Positions 31,795 to 42,581 of a DNA stretch of 64,000 nucleotides are shown here, one piece after another (the first letter of the stretch is position 1; the number at the start of each line of letters is the position of its first letter). The position numbers and the translations under genes are program-made. This DNA is from Actinomycetes bacterium (GTDB taxonomy: Bacteria; Actinomycetota; Acidimicrobiia; Acidimicrobiales; JABEUL01), in the NCBI GenBank assembly GCA_021852345.1, contig JAJZNL010000012.1, positions 286 to 64,285 of the forward strand. Direction: 5' to 3'. The notes under the pieces were generated by a model, which saw only the letters and a program-made list of their open reading frames with translations, had not been told where the DNA came from and searched no databases.

Positions 31795-33318
31795 TCATCT
31801 GTTGTTTTTGTGACCTTTTCTGTTTACGACTAAGACAACATATATTAAAAAGAGCGAAAACATTTCTAAAACTATCGGCGGCAAATCTCCGTATATGTCA
31901 AATGGTGTCAAATGATTAATCAAGCCCAGATTGGCATAAGTGAGTGCAGGTACGCCCAGTTTGGATATCTGGATTATTTTTCCCTTCGGGTTGACTTCAA
32001 CGCTGTAACCTGTCGGAGAGGTCATTAAAACATATCTGTCGGTCTCAATTGCTCGAATTTTTAACGCGCCCAGCTCTTCTTGTGGCATTTGACTGCCTTT
32101 ATAGGAAGCGGTGTTAGTTGGTACGAGTATTACCTGCGCTCCGTTTTTTACATCGACGTAGGCACGATTGTCAAAAAATACCTCATAGGATATCATTATG
32201 CCGATTTTGCCAACTGGATAGGTCAACTCGCCTGGTTTTGTACCCGCTATCGCATTTCTCGGTACTAGATTTACGTTGCCAAAGTGTTCAAAAAACGATC
32301 GATATGGTACGTACTCCCCGAAAGGAACTCGATGAACCTTAAGGTAGGATCCCAATATGCGACCTGTCGGACTTAACAAAACAGCTAAATTTAAAAATTT
32401 AGAATTTCCCACTGGCTGGGTAACCCCAACCAACATGTAAGCATTAAATCTTTTTGCAAGAGTTTTTAGGACGGAGTAGTCGTAAGATTCTGTAAGCGGT
32501 TGCGATAAGGCAACGGTATCTTCGGGCCAAAGGATCAGATCTATTTTTTTGTTAATTTTATAAGACTCATTGACCTGATTGTCAAATACCCTTTGTTGAT
32601 TTCCGTTTACAACAGCTCTTAAACCGGTTTTCCCACCTCCCTGAACGGCCACTGCAGAAAGGTAACTTTGTGAAGTAATTTGGTTAGCGTAAGATAAAAC
32701 TTCGCTAAAAGTGATTATTAGCAAAATGGCAATAAGGGAAACAAAAAATTCCGGCGATTTAAGCTGATTATAAGGGTTAGATTTATGAAGTTTTAGAAGA
32801 GCCAATCCCATTAGAGCTGAGAACGTTGCAGTAAAAAATACGATTGCAGGCTCTCCTCCGATGATGGCAAAATATTTCAAAAATGAATCGGATTGGCTAA
32901 TTGCCAATCCGTCAATCGGCAAACCGCCGAATGGAAATCGGCTGCGAAAGGCATCAATTAACGAAAAGCATAATCCAAAAGTAATTGCGGTTATAAGAGT
33001 GCTATGTTTTGAGATTTGTCTGCTAGGGAAGATTAGAGCGGCTAAGCCAAAAAGTATTGAATCGTAGACGACAATTACCAAATATCCCGGGACGCTGAAA
33101 CCAGTAACCCAGATTAGAGAGATTAGGTATTGGCTGATTCCGCACAGGAAGCCGAATAAAAACCTTTTTCGCGGTGTCGAATTATAGGTGGCCATTGCAA
33201 AAATGCCAAGTCCTAAAATTACAAATTCATATAATTTAAAGGGTGGTTGCCCGAATGCGAATAGAACCCCGACTAGCAACGGTACAACTGCTTTTGCTGC
33301 TTTCTTGACCCTAAACAT
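31795..33318 (-). CDS. lnt: Apolipoprotein N-acyltransferase (Ser in place of the catalytic Cys)
   Basis: Multi-TM N-terminus; WPED, YLKVHRVPFGEYVP, ISYEVFF, RAIETDR. Confidence 0.88.
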   Translation of the reverse strand: MFRVKKAAKAVVPLLVGVLFAFGQPPFKLYEFVILGLGIFAMATYNSTPRKRFLFGFLCGISQYLISLIWVTGFSVPGYLVIVVYDSILFGLAALIFPSRQISKHSTLITAITFGLCFSLIDAFRSRFPFGGLPIDGLAISQSDSFLKYFAIIGGEPAIVFFTATFSALMGLALLKLHKSNPYNQLKSPEFFVSLIAILLIITFSEVLSYANQITSQSYLSAVAVQGGGKTGLRAVVNGNQQRVFDNQVNESYKINKKIDLILWPEDTVALSQPLTESYDYSVLKTLAKRFNAYMLVGVTQPVGNSKFLNLAVLLSPTGRILGSYLKVHRVPFGEYVPYRSFFEHFGNVNLVPRNAIAGTKPGELTYPVGKIGIMISYEVFFDNRAYVDVKNGAQVILVPTNTASYKGSQMPQEELGALKIRAIETDRYVLMTSPTGYSVEVNPKGKIIQISKLGVPALTYANLGLINHLTPFDIYGDLPPIVLEMFSLFLIYVVLVVNRKGHKNNR

Positions 33319-33323
33319 TGCGG

Positions 33324-34745
33324 TTAGAACGGTAATTTATCTTTAGGTATAAGTTCTGATGCCGCCTTAGCACCAGCCAATATTCTGTCGCTTAGTCCTA
33401 CCCCCCCTAAAATTGCACTTGCGAGCCTGATGTTGCCCAACGCTGCAATTTGATCTTTAATTTTATTGGCAAGTTGCAGGTGATTAACTCCGTATTGAGT
33501 AAATGCATTATTAAAGTAAACAACCTGTGTATCGTGAGGTGCTAGATTAATTCCCAGAATCTCTTGCAATTCTTTTAGCGTTGATGTGATTAGCTCGTCT
33601 TTGGTAATATCCAAATGTCTTTGATTGCCTATTCCGCCTACCGCAACTCTAATAATCGCCGTCTTTTCGTCTCGCATTGATTTCCACTTGTTGGACAAAA
33701 ATGTTATTGCTGTTGACATAGAATTCAAGCTACGCGGTATCAATATCCCTCTTCTTTGAGAGCTGTCAATCAGATTGTCGATTTCAAAAGCAAAAAATAC
33801 CATTGCAACGCTTGCTACTTGAATATTTGATAGTTCATCTGCAATGCCCTTATCGATCGTGCCAAACAGTTTCACAGCGGTTTTTGCATCCGTTGCTACG
33901 ACAGCACCGTCAAATTCGTAAGATTTTTCATTATCATTGATGATAACTACCTGTTTTTTGTGGTTTTGATTGTTTAATGAAATCTGTTCAACTCTATGCC
34001 CGATTAAGATGCTCACGCTATTGCTGACAATAATAGAATCTAAAAGCTTGCTTGTGAGTAAGTTCATTCCGCCAGATATTCCCAGAAATGTCGGCAATCT
34101 GTCTTCGGTTATAGAATTCAATGATTCCTTTTTTGGTAGTAGATGTTTTAAATTTTCTGTTAACGATCCAGTGCTTACTGCTGCGGCCAACAGCTCTGGC
34201 GCCGTTGCAGCTACGCCCAATGAGTCAACCGTTCCTGCGTGAATTCCCGCCATTATTGGTTCTATGAGCAGATCGACGATCTCATTACCAAATCGCGGAG
34301 TCAATAGCGCCCCTAAAGTAACGTCTCCGCCATTATGTTTGCTAAATTTTTTTTCCTTTTGGAATTTTTTTAATGAATTTTCCGATACGATGCCAGCTTT
34401 TTTCAGTTCAATTGAATCGGTAGGGATACCCATATAAGTTCCGGCTGGGTATTTTTTAAGAGAATCACCGTTAAATATCTCAACGGTGCCCATAGTGGGA
34501 ACCATAAGATTATCTTTTAATCCAAGTTCCACCGCCAGATCATAGGCGTGAGTTTTCTTAGTAATGAAGTTATCTGGGCCGGCATCTACGGTTATGCCTC
34601 CCACTTTAATTGTTTGGAGATTCCCCCCAGGGATATTTCTTTCGAAAATTGTTACTGAACAATCGGGGTCTAAAGACAACAACAGGTGAGCGCTGGTGAG
34701 CCCAGTAATGCCAGCACCTATAATTGCATATTTTCTTTCAGACAT
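33324..34745 (-). CDS. hemY: Coproporphyrinogen/protoporphyrinogen oxidase (HemY/CgoX)
   Basis: IIGAGITGL, DAGPDNF, EPIMAGIHAG; in the hemE-hemH operon. Confidence 0.88.
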   Translation of the reverse strand: MSERKYAIIGAGITGLTSAHLLLSLDPDCSVTIFERNIPGGNLQTIKVGGITVDAGPDNFITKKTHAYDLAVELGLKDNLMVPTMGTVEIFNGDSLKKYPAGTYMGIPTDSIELKKAGIVSENSLKKFQKEKKFSKHNGGDVTLGALLTPRFGNEIVDLLIEPIMAGIHAGTVDSLGVAATAPELLAAAVSTGSLTENLKHLLPKKESLNSITEDRLPTFLGISGGMNLLTSKLLDSIIVSNSVSILIGHRVEQISLNNQNHKKQVVIINDNEKSYEFDGAVVATDAKTAVKLFGTIDKGIADELSNIQVASVAMVFFAFEIDNLIDSSQRRGILIPRSLNSMSTAITFLSNKWKSMRDEKTAIIRVAVGGIGNQRHLDITKDELITSTLKELQEILGINLAPHDTQVVYFNNAFTQYGVNHLQLANKIKDQIAALGNIRLASAILGGVGLSDRILAGAKAASELIPKDKLPF

Positions 34746-35694
34746 TTTCGTGGAAAAACTTAAATATTGATTTGATCAGTAGTTGAATGAAATCTGAACT
34801 GTCGTTAAACATTTCAATCCTAGAGTAGTTTACCTTATTTGCTTCGCAGTTGGCCTTAAGTTCAATATCTAAATCATATAATATCTCAGCGTGATCGGAC
34901 ACGAAACCAATCGGAGCGACAATTACAGAGTTGTAAGCTATGTATTCCCGAGACCGAATGACTTCGTTAACATCGGGTCCCAGCCAATTTCCCGATCCTA
35001 AAGTTCCACTCTGATAAGCGGTGACATAATCTCTGACTTTGCATAGCGAGGCAACTGTTGCAGCCAGCTTTTCGTGTTGGTTCTGATAGGTTCTGTCTTG
35101 TTGGAGCGCCGCCAGAGGTAAAGAGTGTGCAGAAAATATCACTAGCGATTCAGGGTGTTTTCGAAGTGATTCTTCGAGTCTTTTTGCAATTAACTCAGGA
35201 TAGCCTTCCAACTCACATAGAGGAGGTAGATTTAAATATGTAACGTTAGATCTGCTCGACTCAGTCAAGGTATCTCTTACGGCTTTGTTGTAATCTTCGA
35301 TATTTACTTTGGAATAGTAGGCCGACGCAATTAAACCTATTATCGTTTCAACGTTTTTTGCGATTAATGATTTAACGGCAGATTCGATTTTAGGATTAAC
35401 ATGTTTGTATCCGAGACTGCAAATTATGTTGTATCTGGTCTGATTTAATTCCGATGAATCTTCAATTTGGGTTTCCAGCTTATTGAAAAACGATTCAGTA
35501 ATATCGGTTAGAGGAGAGAGGCCGCCGATTAACGAGTATCTTCTTTTTACTTCTTGAAGCAGTTCTGTTTCAGGCGGTCTTCCTCTTCTAATTGAAGTTA
35601 GAAATTCTTCAAAATTATTATAGTCGCGAGGGGTACCGTGGGCCATTACTATTAGTCCCACAGGGATTGGATCTAATGAGTGTAATGTTAGCAA
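34738..35694 (-). CDS. hemH: Coproporphyrin ferrochelatase (HemH/CpfC)
   Basis: MAHGTP, RYSLIGGLSPL, FSAHSLP, WLGPD, GFVSDHAEILYDLD. Confidence 0.92.
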   Translation of the reverse strand: MLTLHSLDPIPVGLIVMAHGTPRDYNNFEEFLTSIRRGRPPETELLQEVKRRYSLIGGLSPLTDITESFFNKLETQIEDSSELNQTRYNIICSLGYKHVNPKIESAVKSLIAKNVETIIGLIASAYYSKVNIEDYNKAVRDTLTESSRSNVTYLNLPPLCELEGYPELIAKRLEESLRKHPESLVIFSAHSLPLAALQQDRTYQNQHEKLAATVASLCKVRDYVTAYQSGTLGSGNWLGPDVNEVIRSREYIAYNSVIVAPIGFVSDHAEILYDLDIELKANCEANKVNYSRIEMFNDSSDFIQLLIKSIFKFFHENV

Positions 35695-35913
35695 ATTAGT
35701 CCCTTATTGGAATTTTCTCGACTGGTCTTAAGTGTGCGGTTTGTCTTTTTAAACATAAAGGGTGATTAAGCATAAATAAAAAAAGTCACAGAGTCGAATT
35801 GTATTTGAAAATTTCTGAAATGTTTACAAAAAGTTAAAGATTAAATAATTCGCCGACTGAATATTGTTTTAATAGTATGAGATTTTACTCACGGTTTAAA
35901 ATGCATATTGAGT

Positions 35914-36978
35914 TTAAAATGCAAATTCGTGTATTAATTTTACTATCTGTGTCAGGGTATTGGGGTCAGTAGCAGGCAGTACCCCATGACCCAAATTAAA
36001 GATGTATCCGCTTGTCAATGATCGATTATTCTCATCTGTATATGTAGTTCGTGAGGAAAAACCCTGTTCTAGGATATATTTAATTTCATTTTTTAAATAT
36101 TCAAATCCGGCAAGACAACTGACGGGATTAAGATTCCCTTGAATCCCGACTGAAGATCCGACAACTTTTTTTGCCTGTTGAATTTCCATCGTTGAATCAA
36201 TGCTGACTACGCCGGGGCTGAGTTGAGATATGAGAGGAAGCTGCGATAAGTTTTGAAGTCCAAAATAGGTAATGGGAATATTGCGTGAGTCGGCAAACGC
36301 AATGATATCGCTTAGAGGATTCATTAAATACCTGGAAAATATTCGAGGCTCAAGAATGCCCGCCCATGAGTCGAATATCTGTATTGCATCAACGCCTGCG
36401 GTTATTTGAATGTCGATAGAATTTATTACCACCTGAGCCAGTTTTTTAAATAAAGAATTTGAAAATGATTGGTCGGTTAACAGCAGTTTTTGCGTAGCCG
36501 TCCAATTTTTCGTGGGACGACCATCAATTAAGTAGCAGGCTAAGGTAAAAGGGGCGCCGACAAATCCAATTAAAGGAACTTCGGCTTTTGATTTGACAAT
36601 TTTTATGGTTTCTTTTTGCGCCCACAGCAGCTCATCCATCTTATTTGTATCGATTTTATTAAGATCTTCTTTGGAAGTAAAACCAGTCTTCAAAACTGGC
36701 CCTACCCCTTCTTCGATTTCGATATCAACGCCAGAGGCGATCAGGGGCATCATAATGTCGCTGTATAATACGGCAGCATCTACTCCGTGTCTTTCTACTG
36801 GCTGTAGTGTGATGGCTGCGGATTTTTCTGGATCTTCTAATATCTTTAGAATGCTGTCATCACCTTTGAGATTCCTGTATTCAGGCAACGATCTTCCAGC
36901 CTGTCGCATAAACCAAACCGGTATTTTATTGGTTTGAACACCGTTCAGTGCATCCATGTAAGTGGTATTTTTTAACAT
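35914..36978 (-). CDS. hemE: Uroporphyrinogen decarboxylase
   Basis: PVWFMRQAGRSLPEYR, QIFDSWAG, QGNLNP, IFNLGHGVLP. Confidence 0.95.
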   Translation of the reverse strand: MLKNTTYMDALNGVQTNKIPVWFMRQAGRSLPEYRNLKGDDSILKILEDPEKSAAITLQPVERHGVDAAVLYSDIMMPLIASGVDIEIEEGVGPVLKTGFTSKEDLNKIDTNKMDELLWAQKETIKIVKSKAEVPLIGFVGAPFTLACYLIDGRPTKNWTATQKLLLTDQSFSNSLFKKLAQVVINSIDIQITAGVDAIQIFDSWAGILEPRIFSRYLMNPLSDIIAFADSRNIPITYFGLQNLSQLPLISQLSPGVVSIDSTMEIQQAKKVVGSSVGIQGNLNPVSCLAGFEYLKNEIKYILEQGFSSRTTYTDENNRSLTSGYIFNLGHGVLPATDPNTLTQIVKLIHEFAF

Positions 36979-37034
36979 TTATTTATCTTAGTTATAACAT
37001 TATCTTTTAAAATGTTGCATGTTAGGTCTATTTT

Positions 37035-37652
37035 TTGGATAATAATATATATGTGACCCAATCTATTACAACTGAAACTTTACCAAAAATTCCCGGCCCT
37101 GCCGGCCTTCGGCGACCTCCAGTCTTGGCCGTCGGAGTAATGATTTGGCTCGGTTCTGAGTTTATGTTTTTTTCGGGACTGTTTGCTGCATTTTTTACCA
37201 TAAGAGCTCATGCGCTTCACTGGCCTCCACCTGGAACAAATTTGGATTATGTCCAGGCGTCAATATTTTCAGTGATTCTGCTGGCGTCTTCGGCTACGAT
37301 GCAAAAAGCAGTGTTCTCGATTGAAAAAGGAAACAAGGACCAAGCAAAAAGATGGCTAATCCTCACATTTATTATGGGGTTCCTGTTTGTGGGTAATCAG
37401 CTGTACGAATGGATAACGTTACCGTTTTCTCCTTCGTCAAACGTATATGGTTCCCTCTTCTTCATTATGAGCGGCCTCCACGGATTGCATGTTCTCTTAG
37501 GGCTGGTTGCAATGATTGGTCTGATGGGGCGAATATCTGGTAAAGAATCAGATCCAGGAGAAGTTTCCGTATTTCAAGGTGTGTCATATTACTGGCACTT
37601 TGTGGACTTTATGTGGATAGGATTATTCAGTTGTTTGTTTATATTGAGCTAG
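37035..37652 (+). CDS. ctaE: Cytochrome c oxidase subunit III (start possibly GTG 37053)
   Basis: IWLGSEFMFFSGLFA, GLHGLHV, YYWHFVD; heads qcrCAB. Confidence 0.92.
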   Translation: MDNNIYVTQSITTETLPKIPGPAGLRRPPVLAVGVMIWLGSEFMFFSGLFAAFFTIRAHALHWPPPGTNLDYVQASIFSVILLASSATMQKAVFSIEKGNKDQAKRWLILTFIMGFLFVGNQLYEWITLPFSPSSNVYGSLFFIMSGLHGLHVLLGLVAMIGLMGRISGKESDPGEVSVFQGVSYYWHFVDFMWIGLFSCLFILS

Positions 37653-37661
37653 TCTATAATA

Positions 37662-38612
37662 GTGGCCGTTAGAAAAATGAATCTCAAAAATGCACCCATA
37701 AAATCAGTAGTATTGGTAGTTGCAGTCATCGCATTGTCGTTGCTTTATTCACTCATGACTAATGGAGGGAACGGAGCTTTAAAAAATGTAAAGAATGTTT
37801 CAGCCGATGGATCTACGACTGTTTCGTCGACATCCAACGTATCTTTAGTCGGTTCAACCGACAAACCGGTTTCGATGAGTTCTGCAACAATTGCTAAAAA
37901 GACCGACCATCCAAAATTTGTCGGCCCTCTCTTGTATCAAAATTCTGGCGTCAGGGCAACGTACCAGCAAGTACAGCAAGGGCAGACTCTGTTTGACGAA
38001 AGCTGTTCCTCTTGTCACGGAGCCTACGCTTCGGGTACCGATAGGGCTCCGAATCTAGTTGGACTTGGACCAGCTACAATTCAATTTTGGGTAAGTACTG
38101 GTAGAATGCCACTTTCCAATCCAATTATTCAACCTATCAGGAAACCGGTAAAGTTCACTCAAGCACAAATTTTGGATATTGTATCTTTCGTGGCCTCACA
38201 GGCACCAGGTGGCGTTTTGATACCCAATATTAAGGGGGTAAGTTCAGCCACGTTAGCCGAAGGCGCCTCTTTATTTGATATTAATTGTGCTGGTTGTCAT
38301 ACGATTACGGGTGCCGGTGATGCTTTAGCCAGTGGTGCATATGCGCCGAGCTTGCATCAGGCGACTCCAGAACAAGTGGCTGAAGCCATTAGAACTGGGC
38401 CAGCTAACATGCCCAGATTCAATCCTGGAGTTTTAACCAACGCACAGGTTAACAGTTTGGTTAAGTACGTTACTCAAGGAATTCAACATCCAGATAACGC
38501 AGGCGGATGGAATTTGGGTGGAGTTGGACCAGTTGCTGAAGGATTTATCGGTTTGTTGATTGGAGTAGGACTTTTGGTTTTGGCGGCTTTTTGGGTTGGT
38601 GATAGAAAATGA
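37662..38612 (+). CDS. qcrC: Cytochrome bcc complex diheme cytochrome c subunit
   Basis: Two CxxCH motifs (CSSCH, CAGCH), TGRMP, GPVAEG. Confidence 0.93.
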   Translation: MAVRKMNLKNAPIKSVVLVVAVIALSLLYSLMTNGGNGALKNVKNVSADGSTTVSSTSNVSLVGSTDKPVSMSSATIAKKTDHPKFVGPLLYQNSGVRATYQQVQQGQTLFDESCSSCHGAYASGTDRAPNLVGLGPATIQFWVSTGRMPLSNPIIQPIRKPVKFTQAQILDIVSFVASQAPGGVLIPNIKGVSSATLAEGASLFDINCAGCHTITGAGDALASGAYAPSLHQATPEQVAEAIRTGPANMPRFNPGVLTNAQVNSLVKYVTQGIQHPDNAGGWNLGGVGPVAEGFIGLLIGVGLLVLAAFWVGDRK

Positions 38613-39595
38613 GCGATAGTGATAATGACTTGACTTCTGATAATATAAGTGGCAATTCGGTTAGCCCAGTGACTATCAGGAATTTAAATATTGAAGATGA
38701 CCCGAGGTTCGAGTTACTGGCCAAGAATCCAAAGAGAACCGAAATTTTGATCGCTATAAGCTTCGCGATAGCGGCTGTATTGTTCGTAGCCATGATGGTA
38801 GATTATGTTAAAGGGGCGAATACTCAAGTAGAAGGTGGCCTAATGGCAGCAGCATTTTGTTTGCTGGGAATTGGAATGGTTGCCTGGGGGAAATACCTTA
38901 TGCCTAAAGGGCCCTTTGAAGAATCAAGGCACAGGACGAGCTCCACAGACGAAGACAAAAAGGAGTTTGTGGATGCTTTTATAGGTAGGGGCAAGATTGC
39001 TGTATCCAGACGAAGTTTCTTGGGAAAAATATTGGGTGCCGCTATGGGACTTTTTGGATTGTTTTTGTTGGGACCCACATTGAGGAGTTTGGGACCTAAT
39101 CCGAATAACGCTTTAAACCACACGGCGTGGAAAAAGGGTTCCAGGGTTGTGACAACGGACGGTAAGTTAGTTCACGTCAATGATTTGGATGTCGGAGCTT
39201 TTATGACGGTGTTTCCCGAAGGAGTAATTAAAAAAAGTGAACTGGAAGAAAATCAACAGGATCTCTATAATTCTCAGACTCTATTGATAAGAGCCAGCGT
39301 CGACAACATAGTAACCGAAAAAGGAAGAGAGACATGGGGCCCTCAGGGTTATCTAGCTTACTCTAAGGTATGTACTCACGCGGGATGTCCGATAAGTCTT
39401 TACCAACAAGAAACACAGCAATTATTGTGTCCTTGCCATCAGTCGTTGTTTAATGTATTGGACGGAGCAATGCCGATATTCGGACCGGCTCCCAGACCGT
39501 TGCCGCAACTGCCTTTAGCCGTAGATCCTCAAGGATATCTAATCGCTCAGGCCGACTATAACGAGCCTATCGGACCAGGATACTGGGGGTTCTAG
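38609..39595 (+). CDS. qcrA: Cytochrome bcc Rieske Fe-S subunit
   Basis: SRRSFL Tat motif, CTHAGC, CPCHQS, GPAPRPLPQL. Confidence 0.95.
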   Translation: MSDSDNDLTSDNISGNSVSPVTIRNLNIEDDPRFELLAKNPKRTEILIAISFAIAAVLFVAMMVDYVKGANTQVEGGLMAAAFCLLGIGMVAWGKYLMPKGPFEESRHRTSSTDEDKKEFVDAFIGRGKIAVSRRSFLGKILGAAMGLFGLFLLGPTLRSLGPNPNNALNHTAWKKGSRVVTTDGKLVHVNDLDVGAFMTVFPEGVIKKSELEENQQDLYNSQTLLIRASVDNIVTEKGRETWGPQGYLAYSKVCTHAGCPISLYQQETQQLLCPCHQSLFNVLDGAMPIFGPAPRPLPQLPLAVDPQGYLIAQADYNEPIGPGYWGF

Positions 39596-39598
39596 CAG

Positions 39599-41212
39599 AT
39601 GGCAAAATTAGACGTTACCAAATTAAGAGATCAAAACCCAAAAGGCAAAAAGACCGTTAACGATCAGATTGCCAATACCGCCGAGTGGTTTGACGATCGT
39701 CTTGGATTGGCAAAAGGCACTCGCATATTTTTTAATAAAATTTTCCCGGATCACTGGTCGTTTATGTTGGGCGAGATTGCTCTTTATTCTTTCGTGGTCT
39801 TGCTGGTTACGGGAATATTTTTAACTCTTTACTATGTGCCATCGGCAAGTTTAATGATATATCACGGAAGCTATGCACCCTTAAGAGGAACCGTAGTTTC
39901 AGCTGCTTACAACTCCACAGTAAACCTGAGTTTACATGTTAGATTCGGTTTGCTTGTTCGACAGATGCATCATTGGGCAGCCGATATCTTTTTAGGTGCG
40001 ATCGCAGTGCATATGTGTAGAGTCTTTTTTACGGGTGCATTCCGAAAGCCAAGGGAACTAAACTGGATTGTCGGAGTAACGCTTTTAATTTTGGGGATTG
40101 TAGAAGGTTTCTTAGGATATTCTTTGCCCGATGATCTTATATCTGGTACCGGTTTAAGGATAATGTTTTCCGTAACGGAATCAATTCCGATTGTAGGAAC
40201 GCATTTGGCATTTTGGATATTCGGCGGTAATTATCCAGGTGACGGCTCAATTATTCCCAGAATGTTTATAGCGCACGTCTTACTTATTCCTGCACTTTTG
40301 GCCGCGCTCATCGGCGTCCATCTGGCATTGCTCGTAAAGCAAAAGCATACCCAATTCCCCGGGCCCGGAAAAACTGAGAAAAATGTAGTAGGAACTCCGA
40401 TGTGGCCTGGCTTTATGTTTAAGACACAGGGATTTATGTTTCTTGTGGTCGGAGTTATCGCTTTGTTGGGTGCGTTTGCTCAGATTAACCCGATTTGGCA
40501 ATACGGACAGTATCTTCCTTATAAAGTGAGCTATGCCGTACAACCCGACTGGTATATGGGATGGTTGGACGGAGCACTTAGGATTATGCCTTCGTGGGAA
40601 TTTCAGTATCACAGTTTTATTATTCCGAATCAATTCTTCCCTTCCGTACTGCTTCCAGGTATAGCATTTAATATCTTTATTATCTGGCCCTTCATCGAGG
40701 CAAAAATTAAAAAAGACAAAACCGAGCATCATCTTTTGGAACGCCCTCGCGACAATCCTGTGCGTACTGCAATAGGTGCGGGAGCGCTGACATTTTTCTT
40801 TATGTTATTTGCGGCTTCGGCGACTGATGTACTTGCAAACTATCTCACAATTTCTTTAAATATTGTTTTATGGTTCTTTAGGATAGCAACGTATATAATT
40901 CCGTTTATAGTCGCCGCAATCGCTTACAGGGTTTGTATAGAGCTTCAAAGAGCAGGTGACGCCGCTGGGAAGCGAAAGAGGTTTAACGTGGTTTGGAGAA
41001 GCGACACCGGTGAGTATTTCACTGAAAAATCACCGGCCCGGTCCGATGATGTTGATTATTTAGATGGCGAGCCAGAAGAGTCCTTAGAGCTGACCCCTGA
41101 AGTTTCCAAGATGGTTAACGAAAAAGCTGATTTAATCGCTAGCGACCGAAACGGATCTCAGGAATCAACTGACTCTAATCCAGAGGACTTACAACAAATA
41201 TCTAGAGATTAG
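39599..41212 (+). CDS. qcrB: Cytochrome bcc cytochrome b subunit
   Basis: FPDHWSFMLGEIALY, RQMHHWAA, FRKPRELNW, QPDWY. Confidence 0.96.
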   Translation: MAKLDVTKLRDQNPKGKKTVNDQIANTAEWFDDRLGLAKGTRIFFNKIFPDHWSFMLGEIALYSFVVLLVTGIFLTLYYVPSASLMIYHGSYAPLRGTVVSAAYNSTVNLSLHVRFGLLVRQMHHWAADIFLGAIAVHMCRVFFTGAFRKPRELNWIVGVTLLILGIVEGFLGYSLPDDLISGTGLRIMFSVTESIPIVGTHLAFWIFGGNYPGDGSIIPRMFIAHVLLIPALLAALIGVHLALLVKQKHTQFPGPGKTEKNVVGTPMWPGFMFKTQGFMFLVVGVIALLGAFAQINPIWQYGQYLPYKVSYAVQPDWYMGWLDGALRIMPSWEFQYHSFIIPNQFFPSVLLPGIAFNIFIIWPFIEAKIKKDKTEHHLLERPRDNPVRTAIGAGALTFFFMLFAASATDVLANYLTISLNIVLWFFRIATYIIPFIVAAIAYRVCIELQRAGDAAGKRKRFNVVWRSDTGEYFTEKSPARSDDVDYLDGEPEESLELTPEVSKMVNEKADLIASDRNGSQESTDSNPEDLQQISRD

Positions 41213-41484
41213 AAGCATTTTATAACGGATTTATTTATACTTATAAGTTTCGACTCTTTAAATTTAAAGTTTGCGCCTATTTGGATCACGTGAAATTTAA
41301 ATTAGATGTACATAAGTAGGCTTGTGCGGATGTAGGAACTTTTGACATAAGTTGTCGTTCGTAAACCATTTCTGAATTTCTTCGACGATGTGAAAATTCG
41401 CGTTGGAGCTAGTGGGTTTTAAAATAGAAAGATTTGAATTCATCTTTAGTCATGTAATATACTGATTTTAATGTCAATAGACGA

Positions 41485-42468
41485 TTGGAGAAATCTATGA
41501 TAAAAACACGTATTACCGAAATGCTTAAAATTACTCATCCCGTGATGTTGGCGGGCATGGGAGGAGTCTCTTATTCTCAATTGGTTTCTACAGTCAGTGA
41601 GGTGGGTGGCTTTGGTTGTTTGGGAGCTTCAACAATGGGCACCGAAAAGATGATTGCCGAAATTGATGCCGTAAAAAAAGCTACGGATAAGCCGTTTGGG
41701 GTAGACCTTTTAACGGCTATGCCTGGGGATATGGTTGCCCAAGTCGAAAAAGTTATTGAAGGCGGAGCCAGTCTTTTTGTTGCGGGTTTGGGCGTGCCGG
41801 CTGACATAATTGAACTTTGTCATAAACATGGGGTTTTGGTGGCAAATATGTGTGGCAAGGTCGAGCATGCAAAACGGGCGATAGACGCTGGTTGTGACAT
41901 AGTCATAGCTCAAGGAACCGAAGCTGGAGGCCATACTGGTCTTGTCGCTACAATGCCTTTGGTCCCCCAAGTCGTGGATGCAGTAAGAGGCCAGGTGCCA
42001 GTAGTTGCCGCTGGAGGACTTTTTGACGGCAGGGGTTTGGCGGCGTCGTTGGCGCTGGGAGCCGATGGTGTCTGGATGGGAACAAGGTTTATAGCCACTC
42101 CCGAAGCTAGGGCAGTAATTGGTTATAAAGAGAAGCTAGTTGCATCGCAAGAAGATCAGACTACGATTTCGCGCGGATATTCCGGTAAAACAATGAGAGT
42201 TATTAAGAACGAATACACATCATATTGGGAGCAACATCCTGACGAGCTTCAAAAGTTTCCGAATCAGGCACTGCGCTCAATATCCGATGGATATTTTCAT
42301 TTAGGGGGAGACGAAGAAACCGAAGGAATAAATCCGGATAACGAATGCTATCCAGCAGGACAAGGCACGGGTGCAATACATGAGGTTACACCCGCGGCTA
42401 AATTGGTGTTAAACATAGTCGCCGAAGCCGAAGACGCTTTGTCACGTGTAAAAAACTTAATCAATTAA
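41485..42468 (+). CDS. Nitronate monooxygenase / FabK-like flavoenzyme
   Basis: AGMGGVS, AQGTEAGGHTG, AAGGLFDGRG, MGTRF. Confidence 0.88.
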   Translation: MEKSMIKTRITEMLKITHPVMLAGMGGVSYSQLVSTVSEVGGFGCLGASTMGTEKMIAEIDAVKKATDKPFGVDLLTAMPGDMVAQVEKVIEGGASLFVAGLGVPADIIELCHKHGVLVANMCGKVEHAKRAIDAGCDIVIAQGTEAGGHTGLVATMPLVPQVVDAVRGQVPVVAAGGLFDGRGLAASLALGADGVWMGTRFIATPEARAVIGYKEKLVASQEDQTTISRGYSGKTMRVIKNEYTSYWEQHPDELQKFPNQALRSISDGYFHLGGDEETEGINPDNECYPAGQGTGAIHEVTPAAKLVLNIVAEAEDALSRVKNLIN

Positions 42469-42581
42469 CCTTTTTTGTCGATAAATTTAGTATTAAATAT
42501 ATATAAGAAACTTTTCTTTTATCACCCATTGGGTGTATAGAATGTTTTGGTATTGTTTTTATACCTCATAACAAAAAATTA

